This document shows, piece after piece, positions 28,907 to 39,936 of a stretch of DNA of 64,000 bases. A program made the translations under genes and the position numbers. Each line of letters starts with the position of its first letter. The first letter of the stretch is position 1. Location: assembly GCA_016699245.1 (NCBI GenBank), contig CP064968.1, positions 448,317 through 512,316 of the forward strand. Direction: 5' to 3'. Source of the DNA: Candidatus Kaiserbacteria bacterium (GTDB lineage: Bacteria; Patescibacteriota; Minisyncoccia; Phycocordibacterales; UBA918). The notes beneath the pieces are model-generated. The model was not told the DNA's origin. It worked only from the letters and a program-made list of their open reading frames with translations, and ran no database searches.

Positions 28907-30217
28907 CTATTTATTAAAAAGTGACTTCAGTGATGTCACGGTGTCGTTAATAATTTTACTTAGGTTTGTTTGATCAGTAAGTGCATCCTCCACCATCGCT
29001 CGGAACGCTTCACTGCTTTGGGATGGATTTGGGTCAAGCCATCCCCGAGCGATGAGTGCAGATCGGTAGAGCACATTTTTAAATGGATCTGCAACATCTT
29101 CACTATAGAGTGAGCGGTGTACCGGGGCAAAATTGAACGTTTCAGCAAATTTCTTTGCTTGCACGGGTTGCCCAAGGAAAGAGGCTACGGCGTATGCACC
29201 CTCAATGTTTTTAGATGAGCGTGGAATAGCAAGTGCGTAGAAATCGGCATAATTACGTTGAATGGTCGCCTCACTTCCCTGCGGAACTATTTCCACATCG
29301 TAATTTAAATTTGCGTTATCCCGCTCTAAAGAAGTTTTTTCACTCCCCATACCAAAGTACAGCGCAAGTTTACCTTCAAGAAACTCAGTTCGGTCCATAT
29401 TTTTTGACCTATTCCATGAATATGCTTCCTTGCTTGGGGTCGAAAACTGGGTATAGAAGGAGAGAACTGCACTTCCTGCTGACATGCCCCCATCTTGTGA
29501 TTTGCTTATTGTCACTGCGTATTCTCCGTCTTCATTCTCAGTGACAATTTCGCTACCTGCCTGCAACAAAAGCATGGACAGAATATTTTTTGCATGATTG
29601 ACATTCATAAACTCCCCAAAAGCAACAGCGCTCTGAGTGAGACTGAGCCAGTTGTCGGTGCGATTGATTGCACGGGTGGTTTGTGCAGTGAGTGTCTCCC
29701 ATGTCTTTGGGGGGGAAGCTACGCCACTCCCCGAAAAGATGTCACGGTTCCAGTACATAATGAGTGGGTCCGCAGCGATAGGGACACCATAGATACCATC
29801 GCTTCGCATAAAGATTTCAGCTCCTTCAATATAGGTATCACGGAATGCCTTTTGCGTAATGGTTTTAAATGATATGGGTTTTAATTTTGTACGATAGGTA
29901 ACGAGAAGCGTATGCGGCATAATGATTAAGTCTGGAGCTTTTCCGTCAGCAATAGCATTGAGAAGCTCATTTTGAAATGAGCGTTCTTCCACTTCATGGT
30001 AGCTGACAACATTGAAGGATTCATTATTTTTAGAGATAGAAAGGAACAAACCCTCCATCTTGTCTGCATCCTGGGTACCCCATATAACAACACTGTCTCC
30101 ATATAATACTGCCGTGGGGTCTGATTCTGGTTTATATTTCGCAAAATATATCAGCCCTCCTATGGCTCCTATAGCAAACACTGCGATAAGTATGATTTCA
30201 AAAGGGCGGATATTCAT
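28907..30217 (-). CDS. ABC transporter extracellular solute-binding protein (family 1, sugar-type)
   Basis: N-terminal anchor, ~430 aa, SBP_bac_1-like pattern. Confidence 0.65.
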   Translation of the reverse strand: MNIRPFEIILIAVFAIGAIGGLIYFAKYKPESDPTAVLYGDSVVIWGTQDADKMEGLFLSISKNNESFNVVSYHEVEERSFQNELLNAIADGKAPDLIIMPHTLLVTYRTKLKPISFKTITQKAFRDTYIEGAEIFMRSDGIYGVPIAADPLIMYWNRDIFSGSGVASPPKTWETLTAQTTRAINRTDNWLSLTQSAVAFGEFMNVNHAKNILSMLLLQAGSEIVTENEDGEYAVTISKSQDGGMSAGSAVLSFYTQFSTPSKEAYSWNRSKNMDRTEFLEGKLALYFGMGSEKTSLERDNANLNYDVEIVPQGSEATIQRNYADFYALAIPRSSKNIEGAYAVASFLGQPVQAKKFAETFNFAPVHRSLYSEDVADPFKNVLYRSALIARGWLDPNPSQSSEAFRAMVEDALTDQTNLSKIINDTVTSLKSLFNK

Positions 30218-30233
30218 ATATATATATGTTTAA

Positions 30234-30971
30234 CTATTTCTTATGACAAAGGAGACCGTAGTGGTGGTCACCTGCGGAAAATGTACCTTCACAGGAAAAA
30301 CCTGCCTGCTCAAGAAGACTTCGAGCATCAGTCTCACTAAAAACATCTTCAGGGCGAGGACCAAGACCACCAAATGAATCCGTCCAATCAATGACGAATA
30401 ATTTTCCACCTTTTCGGAGTACGCGCGCCACTTCGGTGAGTGCAGTATCTTTACGGACAAACTGGAAAAGAATGTTTGAAAGAAGACCTGCATCGAGGGT
30501 ACCATCGTTGAATTTTGTACCGCCTGGAGCTTCAATATCGCACCACACAGGTCGTATGTTATTGAGACGCTGCTCTGCTGCTTTGGTACCAAGAGCGTCA
30601 ACAAGATTTTTTTGAATCTCACATGCGTACACTATGCCACTTAAGCCTACGGCACTTGAAAGAGGCTTTAAATATGCTCCACTACCCGCGCCAAAATCTG
30701 CGACGACATCACCTTCCCGCAAATGGAAATGGGTAACGGTATTCTCTGGGTCTACAAACCTTCCAAGTTGGGTAGGATACATATGTACAGTATACAGGGT
30801 CGCAGGGATATCGGTATGGGCAGTAGTGGAAAATGAGCCGGAACTGCAAAGCAGTTCTGGCTCATTTTCACACACTCCCAAACGCGCAGCGCTGAGGAAA
30901 TTTGCTTGACTCCCAAACTTTCCAAAATTGATTGAGTACAAGGTGAGAAGCGAATACTTGGAGCTTCGCAA
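30234..30971 (-). CDS. class I SAM-dependent methyltransferase (true start may be the internal Met near 30782)
   Basis: VADFGAGSGAY motif I; 5' end of the ORF overlaps a repeat element. Confidence 0.65.
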   Translation of the reverse strand: MRSSKYSLLTLYSINFGKFGSQANFLSAARLGVCENEPELLCSSGSFSTTAHTDIPATLYTVHMYPTQLGRFVDPENTVTHFHLREGDVVADFGAGSGAYLKPLSSAVGLSGIVYACEIQKNLVDALGTKAAEQRLNNIRPVWCDIEAPGGTKFNDGTLDAGLLSNILFQFVRKDTALTEVARVLRKGGKLFVIDWTDSFGGLGPRPEDVFSETDARSLLEQAGFSCEGTFSAGDHHYGLLCHKK

Positions 30972-31150
30972 GAGGTTGTCGATATTTTATAAAAATATCA
31001 TACAACCTGAACAGCGACCGTAGGTCGGGCAAGAAAATGAAGACGAGGCGTGAGAAAGTCTGGGAGACTTTCGCAAGACCTTGAACAGTTTCTGTGAAAG
31101 GTTTACCGTCTCTGTAAGAGACAGATGTACGATGAGTCTTCATTTTTGCA
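30942..31150 (+). repeat. structured repeat element family, copy C (core 30973-31008; CTGTAAG hairpin at 31102-31117)
   Basis: GGTGAGAAGCGA lead-in, then the core module, then TTCGCAAGACCTTGAACAG; same modules as the 63.1 kb copy but in swapped order. Confidence 0.6.
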
Positions 31151-31186
31151 GCACAACGAAGTAATCAACAATTTTGGGAAGTTTGG

Positions 31187-33694
31187 TTAGAAATAGACAA
31201 TTGAGGCGATTGCATCCCCCACCCGCATCTTCATCACCTTTACTCCCTGTGTCTGTCTACCGAGTGATGGCACATCCTTCAGTGGGAGTTTAATCACCTG
31301 TCCCTTCTTGCTCATCACAATAAGTTCGCCTTCGGCTTTATCTTCAGCACTCACAATCGCTGCACCCACGACCGTGCCTGTCTTTGAGGTAATTTTAGCA
31401 GTCTTAATACCAGAGCCACCACGCTTTTGGACTTTGTATTCCTTTGCCGGTGTTGTTTTACCAAATCCATTTTCCATCACAACGAGTATTTCGTCACTTT
31501 TACTTTCCTTTGAAAGCACATCTGCAGAAACGATCACATCACCCTTGCCGAGTTTCATTACATTCACTCCAGCCGCAGTGCGTCCCATCTGACGTACATC
31601 ACTTTCCTTAAAGCGGATTGACTGACCCTTTGCCGTGACGAGTGACATCTCATCTCCCTTTCCGACAAATTTTGCAGAGATAAGCGCATCACTATCCTTG
31701 AGCGTAATTGCTATGAGTCCACTACGACGCACATCCTTAAATGATGCTGCATCAGACTTTTTACCCACACCGTCGCGTGTCACGAGTATAAGTGACCAGT
31801 CACCCTGCCATTCTTCCTTGCGTACCGCGAGCACTGAAGTGACTTTTTCTTCCATGGTGAGCGCAAGGAAGTTCATAATAGACTTGCCTTTCGTCGCACG
31901 GCGTCCTTCGGGGATATCATACATCTTAGTTTGATACACCCTGCCTTTATCCGTAAAGAAGAGGAGGTCGCTATGCATTGAGGTAGTAAGGAGTGTGGTC
32001 ACCACATCTTCTTCTTTTGTATCCAAATCCACCACACCCACACCACCGCGCTTTTGTGTACGGTATTCAGATGGGTTGGTGCGTTTTATGTATCCACCTT
32101 GGGTGAGTACGAGCACACTTTCTTCATCCGCAATCAAATCCTCCACACTGAGCATCTTTACACCACCTTTCACTATCTTGGTGCGACGGTCGTCACCAAA
32201 CTTTTCAGCCACTTCAGCCAAATCAGTTTTAATGATGGAAAGCATCTTCTTGCGACTTGCGAGAATTGCTTGTAATTCCTTAATAAGTGCCTGCACTTCT
32301 TTCAATTCATCTTCAATTTTCTTTCGTTCAAGACCTGCAAGTTTTTGGAGACGCATATCGAGAATCGCCTGTGCTTGAATAGCAGAAAACTTAAACTCCT
32401 TCATAAGGCCCGCATGCGCGGTCGGCACGTCCTTTGAGGCGCGAATGAGTTTGATAATAGCATCGATATGGTCAAGCGCTTTTTTGAGTCCGAGAAGGAT
32501 ATGCTCACGGTCTTGTGCCTTCGTGAGATCAAACTGTGTACGACGACGAATCACCTCCTCACGGTGTTTGATGTATTCTTCTAAGATTGCTTTGAGTGAC
32601 AGTGTCTGTGGCACACCATTCACGAGTGCCACCATGTTGTAGTGGAATGTATCTTCAAGTTGCGTGTGTTTGTAGAGTTTGTTGAGGACCGTTTGTGGCT
32701 GTGCACCAGTCTTTAATTCAACCACAACACGAATGTCGGTGGTGGACTCGTCACGCAAATCGCGAATACCCTCGATGCGCTTGTCGCGGACGAGGTCGGC
32801 TATCTTTACGAGCATGTCTGCCTTGTTGACGCGGTATGGAATGGAGGTAATGACAATCGAGAAATTTCCTTTCTTGTCTTCAATAATCTCTGCCTCACCA
32901 CGTACCACCACTCCTCCACGACCATTGGCATACGCGTGTGCAATGTCTTTTTGATTGAAGGCAATACCGCCCACAGGGAAATCTGGCCCTTTCACAAATT
33001 GGAGCAAGTCATTCGTGGATGCTTCTGGATTCTCGATAAGGTGCTCCACCGCCGCAGCTACTTCACGGAGATTATGTGGCGGGATATTCGTCGCCATACC
33101 TACCGCAATACCCAACGTACCTGCAAGGAGCAGGTTTGGTACCGCTGCAGGGAGTACTTCTGGCTCTTTTTTCGTTCCATCAAAGTTGGGTCGCCAACTG
33201 ACGGTATCTTTTTCCAAATCTCGGAGTAATTCTTCCGCGATTTTAGACATTTTTGCTTCAGTGTAACGATACGCAGCAGCACTGTCTCCATCGATAGAAC
33301 CAAAGTTACCTTGTCCCAACACGAGGGGGTAGCGTGTATTGAAATCTTGTGCGAGTTTTACCATTGCGTCATATACCGACGCGTCACCATGTGGGTGAAA
33401 ACTACCGAGTACATCTCCCACTACCGTTGCAGATTTTTTAAAACGGGCACCTGAGGTCAGACCATTGAGACGCATTGAGTACAGGATGCGTCTATGTACC
33501 GGCTTCAGGCCGTCACGCACATCAGGAAGCGCACGTTGCGTAATCACCGACATCGCATAGTCGAGATATGATGTGCGCATTTCACCCGTAATATCCTGCG
33601 TGATTACGTTTTGATGCCCCAAAATAGGCAATGCTTCCTGTTTCTTTGGGTCATTATTATCTCCCGCACTCGATGTTTTTTTCTTTGAAGGCAT
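31187..33694 (-). CDS. gyrA: DNA gyrase subunit A
   Basis: [12 protein letters not shown] and AAMRYTE-like motifs, 835 aa. Confidence 0.9.
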   Translation of the reverse strand: MPSKKKTSSAGDNNDPKKQEALPILGHQNVITQDITGEMRTSYLDYAMSVITQRALPDVRDGLKPVHRRILYSMRLNGLTSGARFKKSATVVGDVLGSFHPHGDASVYDAMVKLAQDFNTRYPLVLGQGNFGSIDGDSAAAYRYTEAKMSKIAEELLRDLEKDTVSWRPNFDGTKKEPEVLPAAVPNLLLAGTLGIAVGMATNIPPHNLREVAAAVEHLIENPEASTNDLLQFVKGPDFPVGGIAFNQKDIAHAYANGRGGVVVRGEAEIIEDKKGNFSIVITSIPYRVNKADMLVKIADLVRDKRIEGIRDLRDESTTDIRVVVELKTGAQPQTVLNKLYKHTQLEDTFHYNMVALVNGVPQTLSLKAILEEYIKHREEVIRRRTQFDLTKAQDREHILLGLKKALDHIDAIIKLIRASKDVPTAHAGLMKEFKFSAIQAQAILDMRLQKLAGLERKKIEDELKEVQALIKELQAILASRKKMLSIIKTDLAEVAEKFGDDRRTKIVKGGVKMLSVEDLIADEESVLVLTQGGYIKRTNPSEYRTQKRGGVGVVDLDTKEEDVVTTLLTTSMHSDLLFFTDKGRVYQTKMYDIPEGRRATKGKSIMNFLALTMEEKVTSVLAVRKEEWQGDWSLILVTRDGVGKKSDAASFKDVRRSGLIAITLKDSDALISAKFVGKGDEMSLVTAKGQSIRFKESDVRQMGRTAAGVNVMKLGKGDVIVSADVLSKESKSDEILVVMENGFGKTTPAKEYKVQKRGGSGIKTAKITSKTGTVVGAAIVSAEDKAEGELIVMSKKGQVIKLPLKDVPSLGRQTQGVKVMKMRVGDAIASIVYF

Positions 33695-33731
33695 AGTATT
33701 AATTTCAGTGAATGGGTCCTAGTATATCAGA

Positions 33732-34238
33732 TTATTCGGGTTTTTGGCTGGTAGTGGTGCCAATAAGTATTATCTTAGGTGGCGGGGCTGGCTCTACGGG
33801 TACAACTTCTATGGGAGTCGAAGTGGCGAGTAGAGGTGCTGATTCTATAGGGGTAGATGTCGCTTCGCTTGTGGTAGCAACTGAAAGTGATTCAAGAGCG
33901 AGAGAGGAAGTATTTTCTGTAGGAACCTCATCCAATATGGAATCCTCTGCTGGGTCGGATTCGGGCGAAGTCTCACTCTCAAGTTTCTCTTTCCACTCCA
34001 TCAAACTTCCTAACTGATTTTTTGTTTCGCCAATCAACGAGTTGAGACCTCCTTCGCTTTCTTCGCTTTCTTCATTTGCGCGTTGTTGTTTGTCGACTGA
34101 AATCGTATCTCCTATGCGTGCAGGTAGTGTAGACACCCACACAAGCGCAATAAGCCCAGTCATTACACCCGCGGCCAACAGCGAAAACTGTGTCTTTGCG
34201 ATGGGGTCTTTTTCTTGAACACGCTTGAATATGCCCAT
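33732..34238 (-). CDS. hypothetical membrane-anchored protein with acidic S/T-rich tail
   Basis: ORF track. Confidence 0.4.
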   Translation of the reverse strand: MGIFKRVQEKDPIAKTQFSLLAAGVMTGLIALVWVSTLPARIGDTISVDKQQRANEESEESEGGLNSLIGETKNQLGSLMEWKEKLESETSPESDPAEDSILDEVPTENTSSLALESLSVATTSEATSTPIESAPLLATSTPIEVVPVEPAPPPKIILIGTTTSQKPE

Positions 34239-34241
34239 ACA

Positions 34242-34862
34242 TTAACTATTGAGTACGACAATAGACCCTTCCATTTCGGCAAGATCTTTTTTCTTGATGG
34301 TGAGTTTATCAAGTGGCTTTACAGGATCAACACCAAATTCCTTAAAAAAGGCCTTGAGCGCAGTATCAGTGTAATGCATGGGAATAATGCAGCTTGCTTC
34401 AAGTTTCGTAGCAAGTTTAGAAGCTGCGGGTACATCGAGCACATCTCCGCCACCTATGGGAACAAAGAGAATATCAATATCTCCGAGTTCACCAAGAATC
34501 TGCGGGTCAATAACACTGGTACCGAGTGTTCCGAGAAATACAATATTAATACCTTCAAGTTTCACTTGGTAAATAGTGTTGTATCGCTTCACATTTTCAT
34601 ACATAGTCTCTATACCGTAGCCACGCGCAGTCATTTCACCCACCTCGTATTCACCAGGACCATCAATGACAAAAGGTTGTTTCGAACCATATTCGAGTTC
34701 AGATACCCCATTAAAATCGGGATGATTGAGCGAAACGAGTGCTACATCAGCACCAAAACGAACAGGGGCAAGTTTAGATTTCTTTGAAATCGGGTCAAAC
34801 GCAAGTGTCGTATTGCCAAACGACACCTTAAAACACTGACCTCCATGGTGTGTGATAATCAT
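34242..34862 (-). CDS. metallo-beta-lactamase-fold hydrolase (UPF0173-like)
   Basis: MIITHHGGQCF N-terminus. Confidence 0.55.
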   Translation of the reverse strand: MIITHHGGQCFKVSFGNTTLAFDPISKKSKLAPVRFGADVALVSLNHPDFNGVSELEYGSKQPFVIDGPGEYEVGEMTARGYGIETMYENVKRYNTIYQVKLEGINIVFLGTLGTSVIDPQILGELGDIDILFVPIGGGDVLDVPAASKLATKLEASCIIPMHYTDTALKAFFKEFGVDPVKPLDKLTIKKKDLAEMEGSIVVLNS

Positions 34863-34920
34863 ACCGCTCTATGATACTAGACAGCACCCTGATGCGCAAA
34901 GAAAAATCCCCCACCAAAAA

Positions 34921-34983
34921 ATGACCGACATCGTAAGTCGGCCATATATATACTTTTTTGCCGACTTACGATGTCGGCATATA
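34921..34983. repeat. pair of mirror hairpins CCGACATCGTAAGTCGG / CCGACTTACGATGTCGG (REP-like); third copy at 39829-39850
   Basis: Read directly; the GTAAGTCG loop/stem resembles the CTGTAAG hairpins of the repeat element family. Confidence 0.55.
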
Positions 34984-35169
34984 GTGGCTGTGGACGAAAT
35001 CTTGTTTTTGTAGTACACTCCGCCCACCTTTTAAGGTAGAGAACACATATTCTTTTACAGAATATGTGTTCGAATTATTAGTTCTAACGGCATGCGGGTA
35101 ATCCCACGTTCGAGCACACGGCTACGAGACATGGTTTGCGTGGACACCCATCGCCGAGATAACACAATT

Positions 35170-36351
35170 ATGTCAGACGAAAAGTCGGTCTTAGACCGAA
35201 TTGCTGCTGCAGTACGCGGTACTGTTGCTCCAGTAAAAGAGGCTGAGGAGCTTGACGAAAAGCAAGCAGCCGCAGAAGCCGCACGTATTAAAAGCCCCAT
35301 GAACCAACTCGTCGAGGGTAGCCCAGTCCCGCCTAAGGACGGTGACCTTGTTGAGGGTAAGGTGTCCGCAATCGGACGCGCACGCGTATTTGTAGAACTC
35401 GTACCATTTGGTACCGGTATCATCTACGGCCGTGAGTACATGAACGCACGCGACATCCTCCGTAAGGTATCCGTGGGTGACACTATTGCTGCAAAGGTGG
35501 TAGATGCGGGTAATGAGGATGGCTATATCGAACTCTCTCTCAAGGAGGCTCGTCAGGCACTCATCTGGAGCGACGCTGAAGATGCGGTAAAGAAGCAGAC
35601 TATCATGTCACTTCTCGTCAAAGAGGCGAACAAGGGTGGACTTATTATCGAATGGCAGGGTATCCAAGGATTCCTTCCTGCATCACAACTTTCTGCAGAG
35701 CACTATCCACGTGTTGAGGACGGCGACAAGGACAAAATCCTTACCGCACTCAATGACCTCATTGGTAAGTCACTCTCAGTAATCATGATTACTGCCGACC
35801 AAAAGGAAGGCAAACTCATCTTCTCAGAAAAGGGACCACAAGAAAAAGATGAGAAGGAGCAAAAAGTAAGCCGCTACAATGTGGGTGACGTACTCGGTGG
35901 TACTATCACGGGTGCAGTAGACTTTGGTGTGTTTGTAAAACTCGAGGAAGGACTTGAGGGACTCGTCCACATCTCAGAACTCGACTGGGGACTCGTTGAA
36001 GATACCCGTTCACTCTACAAAGTAGGCGAGCAAGTAAAGGTAAAGGTGATTGAGGTGAAGGATGACAAGATCTCTCTCTCAATCAAACAACTCAAGGAAA
36101 ACCCATGGGTAAGCGCCGCAAAGAAATACCACAAGGACCAAGTCGTACAGGGTGTTATCATCAAGTACAACAAGCATGGCGCACTCGCCTCAATCGAGGA
36201 AGGTGTGGCAGGTCTCGTACATATTTCAGAGTTTGCGACTGAAGCAGAACTTCGCTCATCACTCTCACTCGGTTCATCATACGAGTTCACCATTACGCTC
36301 TTTGAGCCTAAGGAACAGCGTATGACCCTCGCGTTCAAAAAGAAAGCGTAG
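35170..36351 (+). CDS. rpsA: 30S ribosomal protein S1 (four S1 domains)
   Basis: Repeated S1 motifs; start at MSDEKSV. Confidence 0.8.
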   Translation: MSDEKSVLDRIAAAVRGTVAPVKEAEELDEKQAAAEAARIKSPMNQLVEGSPVPPKDGDLVEGKVSAIGRARVFVELVPFGTGIIYGREYMNARDILRKVSVGDTIAAKVVDAGNEDGYIELSLKEARQALIWSDAEDAVKKQTIMSLLVKEANKGGLIIEWQGIQGFLPASQLSAEHYPRVEDGDKDKILTALNDLIGKSLSVIMITADQKEGKLIFSEKGPQEKDEKEQKVSRYNVGDVLGGTITGAVDFGVFVKLEEGLEGLVHISELDWGLVEDTRSLYKVGEQVKVKVIEVKDDKISLSIKQLKENPWVSAAKKYHKDQVVQGVIIKYNKHGALASIEEGVAGLVHISEFATEAELRSSLSLGSSYEFTITLFEPKEQRMTLAFKKKA

Positions 36352-36375
36352 GCTAATAGACAAACGAACACAAAC

Positions 36376-36410
36376 AAACAACCGGCGCCCTTTGGGCGCC
36401 GGTTGTTTTG
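36376..36410 (+). terminator. intrinsic terminator AAACAACCGGCGCCC-TTTG-GGCGCCGGTTGTTTT
   Basis: Read directly. Confidence 0.8.
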
Positions 36411-36524
36411 TATCAGAACCTACAATAAATCGCTCATCTGAACGATTTTCTGTAGGTTGCATTTTTACATTTATGTTGTATAATACTTAAACTATCATGT
36501 GATAGTGTCACTCAGGAGTACGTC

Positions 36525-36731
36525 ATGGCAATGACTGAAGCACGAAAAGGTGAAATCGCGTTACTCGTCCTCAAGATGCAGATGCGCAGAGATGGTTTCC
36601 GTATCGGAAAACACATTCAACGCGATATCGGAAACGAAGCGAAAGCAATCGGCATCCCAGTCGAAGAAGCGCAGGAGTTCATTGAAGGTGTTGTTCGTGA
36701 ACTCGTCGAAGAAACGTTTCCAAAAAAATAA
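36525..36731 (+). CDS. hypothetical small protein (68 aa)
   Basis: RBS CAGGAG upstream; terminator at 36836-36866 downstream. Confidence 0.35.
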   Translation: MAMTEARKGEIALLVLKMQMRRDGFRIGKHIQRDIGNEAKAIGIPVEEAQEFIEGVVRELVEETFPKK

Positions 36732-36866
36732 TGCGTTAACTGACGACTAGGTGGACTTCGGTCCCTAAAAGGGTAATTGTTCCTCCCTACTCACGTAGGA
36801 CAAGAACAGGATAAGAACCTCTCCTCTCGTCAATTTGCTCGCAACTCAGTGTTGCGGGCTTTTTTA

Positions 36867-37460
36867 TTATCCCTTATTCACCTCCTGCATAGCATGTTCG
36901 ACGCCTTTTTCGAAAATATGCACGAGGGCTTCGTCTACTTTTTTGCTTATTGCGCCCAGTTGCTCACGCTCGCTTTTACTGAACTTCCCCAAGACAAAAT
37001 CTGAGAGTGCTTCGCCGAGGGGACGTCGTGCTTCCCCATCTAAAAAACTTTTTTGTGCGACGCCCACGCGAATACGCGCAAAGTTTTTTGTGGCACAGGT
37101 ATCAATAATAGACTGTACGCCGTTATGTCCCCCTGCCCCTCTATCGTATGAAACGCGAATATCACCAAAGGGTAAGTCCACATCATCATGGACTACAACA
37201 AGCCGCTCCAAACACTCATGATCCTTAAGGAACCGCGATACCGATAGTCCTGAGTTATTCATAAATGTCATAGGGAGAAGCATTGCCACATCAGTATGCT
37301 CAATCACCCCTTCAGAAATAAGTGCTCGATAGCGAGTAGACTCTGAAAATGATGGGAGTTTTCGTTCCTCTACAATGACACTTAAAACCATCCACCCCAC
37401 ATTATGCCGCGTGTCGCGATATTCTTTCCCAGGATTTCCTAAGCCCACCACCGTAAACAT
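36867..37460 (-). CDS. pth: peptidyl-tRNA hydrolase
   Basis: MFTVVGLGNPG...RHNVG motifs. Confidence 0.85.
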   Translation of the reverse strand: MFTVVGLGNPGKEYRDTRHNVGWMVLSVIVEERKLPSFSESTRYRALISEGVIEHTDVAMLLPMTFMNNSGLSVSRFLKDHECLERLVVVHDDVDLPFGDIRVSYDRGAGGHNGVQSIIDTCATKNFARIRVGVAQKSFLDGEARRPLGEALSDFVLGKFSKSEREQLGAISKKVDEALVHIFEKGVEHAMQEVNKG

Positions 37461-37552
37461 AATGCTTTCAATAATACCATAGGTATCATGTTTCTATCGC
37501 GAAATATTGCACGCACAGAGCACACTCTTTCTCGCTTTTTTTCACAGGCCTT

Positions 37553-38254
37553 GTGTCAAACACAATGCACCGTTATAATGGTGTTCGAATCAATTTTATG
37601 GAGCGCATTCCCGAGTCACAACACACAGAAAATTCTACTCAAGATACTACTGTGCACGCTATTTCACACGAATCGGAAGAAAAAAAAGAAGGTATGGTGA
37701 GCGAGATTATTCGCTTCTCTCTCGTAGCCCTTCTTATTGTGCTTCCCATTCGACTTTTCATTGCACAGCCATTTATTGTCTCTGGTGCGTCGATGGAGGC
37801 GACCTTCTCTACAGGTCAATACCTCATCGTCGACCAACTCACCTACCATTTTGATGAACCCTTGCGGGGGGACGTTGTGGTCTTTCGCTACCCCAAGGAC
37901 CCTTCAAAGTTTTTTATCAAGCGAGTCATAGGTCTTCCCGGTGACACCATTAGCATTTCTGGACACGATGTAACCATTACCAATAAAGAAAATCCTGGGG
38001 GTGTTCTTTTGGACGAGGCATATATACTCAGTATGAAATCAAGCACCACGCTAACTGAAACCCTTGGCGAAGGTGAGTACTTTGTCATGGGAGACAATCG
38101 CGATGCGAGTTCTGATTCACGAGCGTGGGGTGTCTTACAGCGAGACAATATTGTTGGGCGTGCATTCCTTCGTCTTTTTCCTATAACAAAGGTAGGTGTA
38201 TTCCCTGGTGAGCACAATATTCTCAAAGAGAACAATATTACGAGCATAAAATAA
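37553..38254 (+). CDS. lepB: signal peptidase I
   Basis: SGASM, KRVIGLPGD, GDNRDASSDSR boxes. Confidence 0.8.
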   Translation: MSNTMHRYNGVRINFMERIPESQHTENSTQDTTVHAISHESEEKKEGMVSEIIRFSLVALLIVLPIRLFIAQPFIVSGASMEATFSTGQYLIVDQLTYHFDEPLRGDVVVFRYPKDPSKFFIKRVIGLPGDTISISGHDVTITNKENPGGVLLDEAYILSMKSSTTLTETLGEGEYFVMGDNRDASSDSRAWGVLQRDNIVGRAFLRLFPITKVGVFPGEHNILKENNITSIK

Positions 38255-38261
38255 GACTTCT

Positions 38262-39449
38262 ATGACACAAAATGTAACTGTACCTGATTTCATTAAATCA
38301 GCCTCGCACACTGCCCATCATTTTGGTTTTTCTCCACTCGAAAAATTGAAGTCACATCCTGATTCTAAAAATTGCTCGGTTAAAGTTCAACACAAAACAT
38401 CTGCACAAGACCGCAAAACTGATTCCTTAAGCGGTATGCTTACTTCCGGCATGTGCTCATACTTTGACGGTAAATTGAACGGCATTGAGGGACCATCTCT
38501 TTTTTATTCTGCAGAACAAGTACCACGTACAGGCGACATTGCAATCACCTTTCACGTACTCAATGTAAAAAAGAGCATAGCAGAAGCACTGCTTATTCAA
38601 ACCATTCGCTCATTCCTTACTGACTTGGGCTTTGAAAAGCATTCAGTACGTATCAATTCTCTTGGTGACCAAGACTCGGTCACACGATACCTCAGGGACC
38701 TCACTACCTTCCTCAAGAAACGACTTGATGATATGCCCCCACAAGCACGTGAACTTATGAAGGACCACCCAATGTACGCACTCATGCATCTTATTGAAAA
38801 AGATCACGAACTCGTCCACAAAAGTCCTAATCCGCTTGAATATCTCACCGATGGCAGCAGAAAACATTTTCGGGAGATTGTCGAGTTCCTCGACATAAGC
38901 GGTACACCATTTGAAATAGACCCAAAGTTGGTAGGTCACCACGAATGTTATTCTGACGCTCTTTTTGCAATCGATCTCATGAATGAGGACAACGAAAAAA
39001 TCAAAAACAGTCCACTCTACATTCGTGGTGGTAGATACAATACCTTTGTCACCAAAATGACCAAAACAAAAACCCCTGCAGCGGGCGCTGTGGTGATACT
39101 CACAGACAAAAAAGCTCCTGTACACATTCCTTCTCCACGCAACAAGCACAATTCCGAAATTTATCTCGTACAGCTTGGTTTTGGACCCAAAGTGAAGAGT
39201 CTTCTCCTTATTGAGGAACTTCGCCGTGCAGGAGTAAGTGTTCACCAAAACATTACGAGTGACTCACTCAGTGAGCAACTGAAAAATGCGGAGGCAAAAG
39301 ACTCTCGCTATGCGGTCATTCTCGGGCATAAGGAGTTTATTGACGGAAACGTGATTGTGCGTGACCTAAAACTGCAAAATCAAAAAAACATACCGTTATG
39401 TGGAATAGCACTCCACCTCCGTGAATTACAAGACGCAACCTGCGTATAA
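38262..39449 (+). CDS. histidyl-tRNA synthetase family protein (HisS/HisZ-like, divergent catalytic motifs)
   Basis: GGRYN (HisA-like), C-terminal anticodon-binding-like AVILGHKEFIDGNVIVRDL; motif 2 degenerate. Confidence 0.45.
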   Translation: MTQNVTVPDFIKSASHTAHHFGFSPLEKLKSHPDSKNCSVKVQHKTSAQDRKTDSLSGMLTSGMCSYFDGKLNGIEGPSLFYSAEQVPRTGDIAITFHVLNVKKSIAEALLIQTIRSFLTDLGFEKHSVRINSLGDQDSVTRYLRDLTTFLKKRLDDMPPQARELMKDHPMYALMHLIEKDHELVHKSPNPLEYLTDGSRKHFREIVEFLDISGTPFEIDPKLVGHHECYSDALFAIDLMNEDNEKIKNSPLYIRGGRYNTFVTKMTKTKTPAAGAVVILTDKKAPVHIPSPRNKHNSEIYLVQLGFGPKVKSLLLIEELRRAGVSVHQNITSDSLSEQLKNAEAKDSRYAVILGHKEFIDGNVIVRDLKLQNQKNIPLCGIALHLRELQDATCV

Positions 39450-39515
39450 TAATTAAAACTGACCATTGGCTTGCGCTTGCAAAGCGGAGCGCACCATGGT
39501 ATTCTCTCGCGACAT

Positions 39516-39761
39516 ATGGCAACCAACGTTCAAGTAAAGAAAAATAATCAGGAAAGCACTGCAAACCTTATTCGTCGCTTCACCAAGCGTGTACAGGGTT
39601 CGGGCGTACTCAATCGACTTCGCAAAGAGCGCTATTTCGCTCGAGGAAAGTCACCACTCGTCGTCCGCTCAAGCAGACTCAAGAAATTGGCCAACAAGGT
39701 CAACTACGAAAAACTGCTCAAGTTGGGAAAGATTCAAGAACCAGTCCGCGGTCGCAAATAA
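39516..39761 (+). CDS. rpsU: 30S ribosomal protein S21
   Basis: VQVKKNNQESTANLIRRFTKRVQGSGVL pattern; start at MATNVQV. Confidence 0.65.
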   Translation: MATNVQVKKNNQESTANLIRRFTKRVQGSGVLNRLRKERYFARGKSPLVVRSSRLKKLANKVNYEKLLKLGKIQEPVRGRK

Positions 39762-39793
39762 AAAAATCCTCACCTCCCGGTGAGGATTTTTGT
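39762..39793 (+). terminator. intrinsic terminator AAAAATCCTCACC-TCCC-GGTGAGGATTTTT
   Basis: Read directly. Confidence 0.8.
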
Positions 39794-39936
39794 TATGTGC
39801 GCCCGCGCCTCTCACACTCTCACACATCATGGCCGACATCGTAAGTCGACCATCTTATTTTTATTGACTTATGGGTGTATGCATGGCAATCTGTGCAACG
39901 GATTGCCTTTTGAAACCAAACCTTGGAGAACTGCCA

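Noticed and set aside
31308-33303. Several 90-130-aa plus-strand ORFs
   Set aside because: They are antisense within gyrA.
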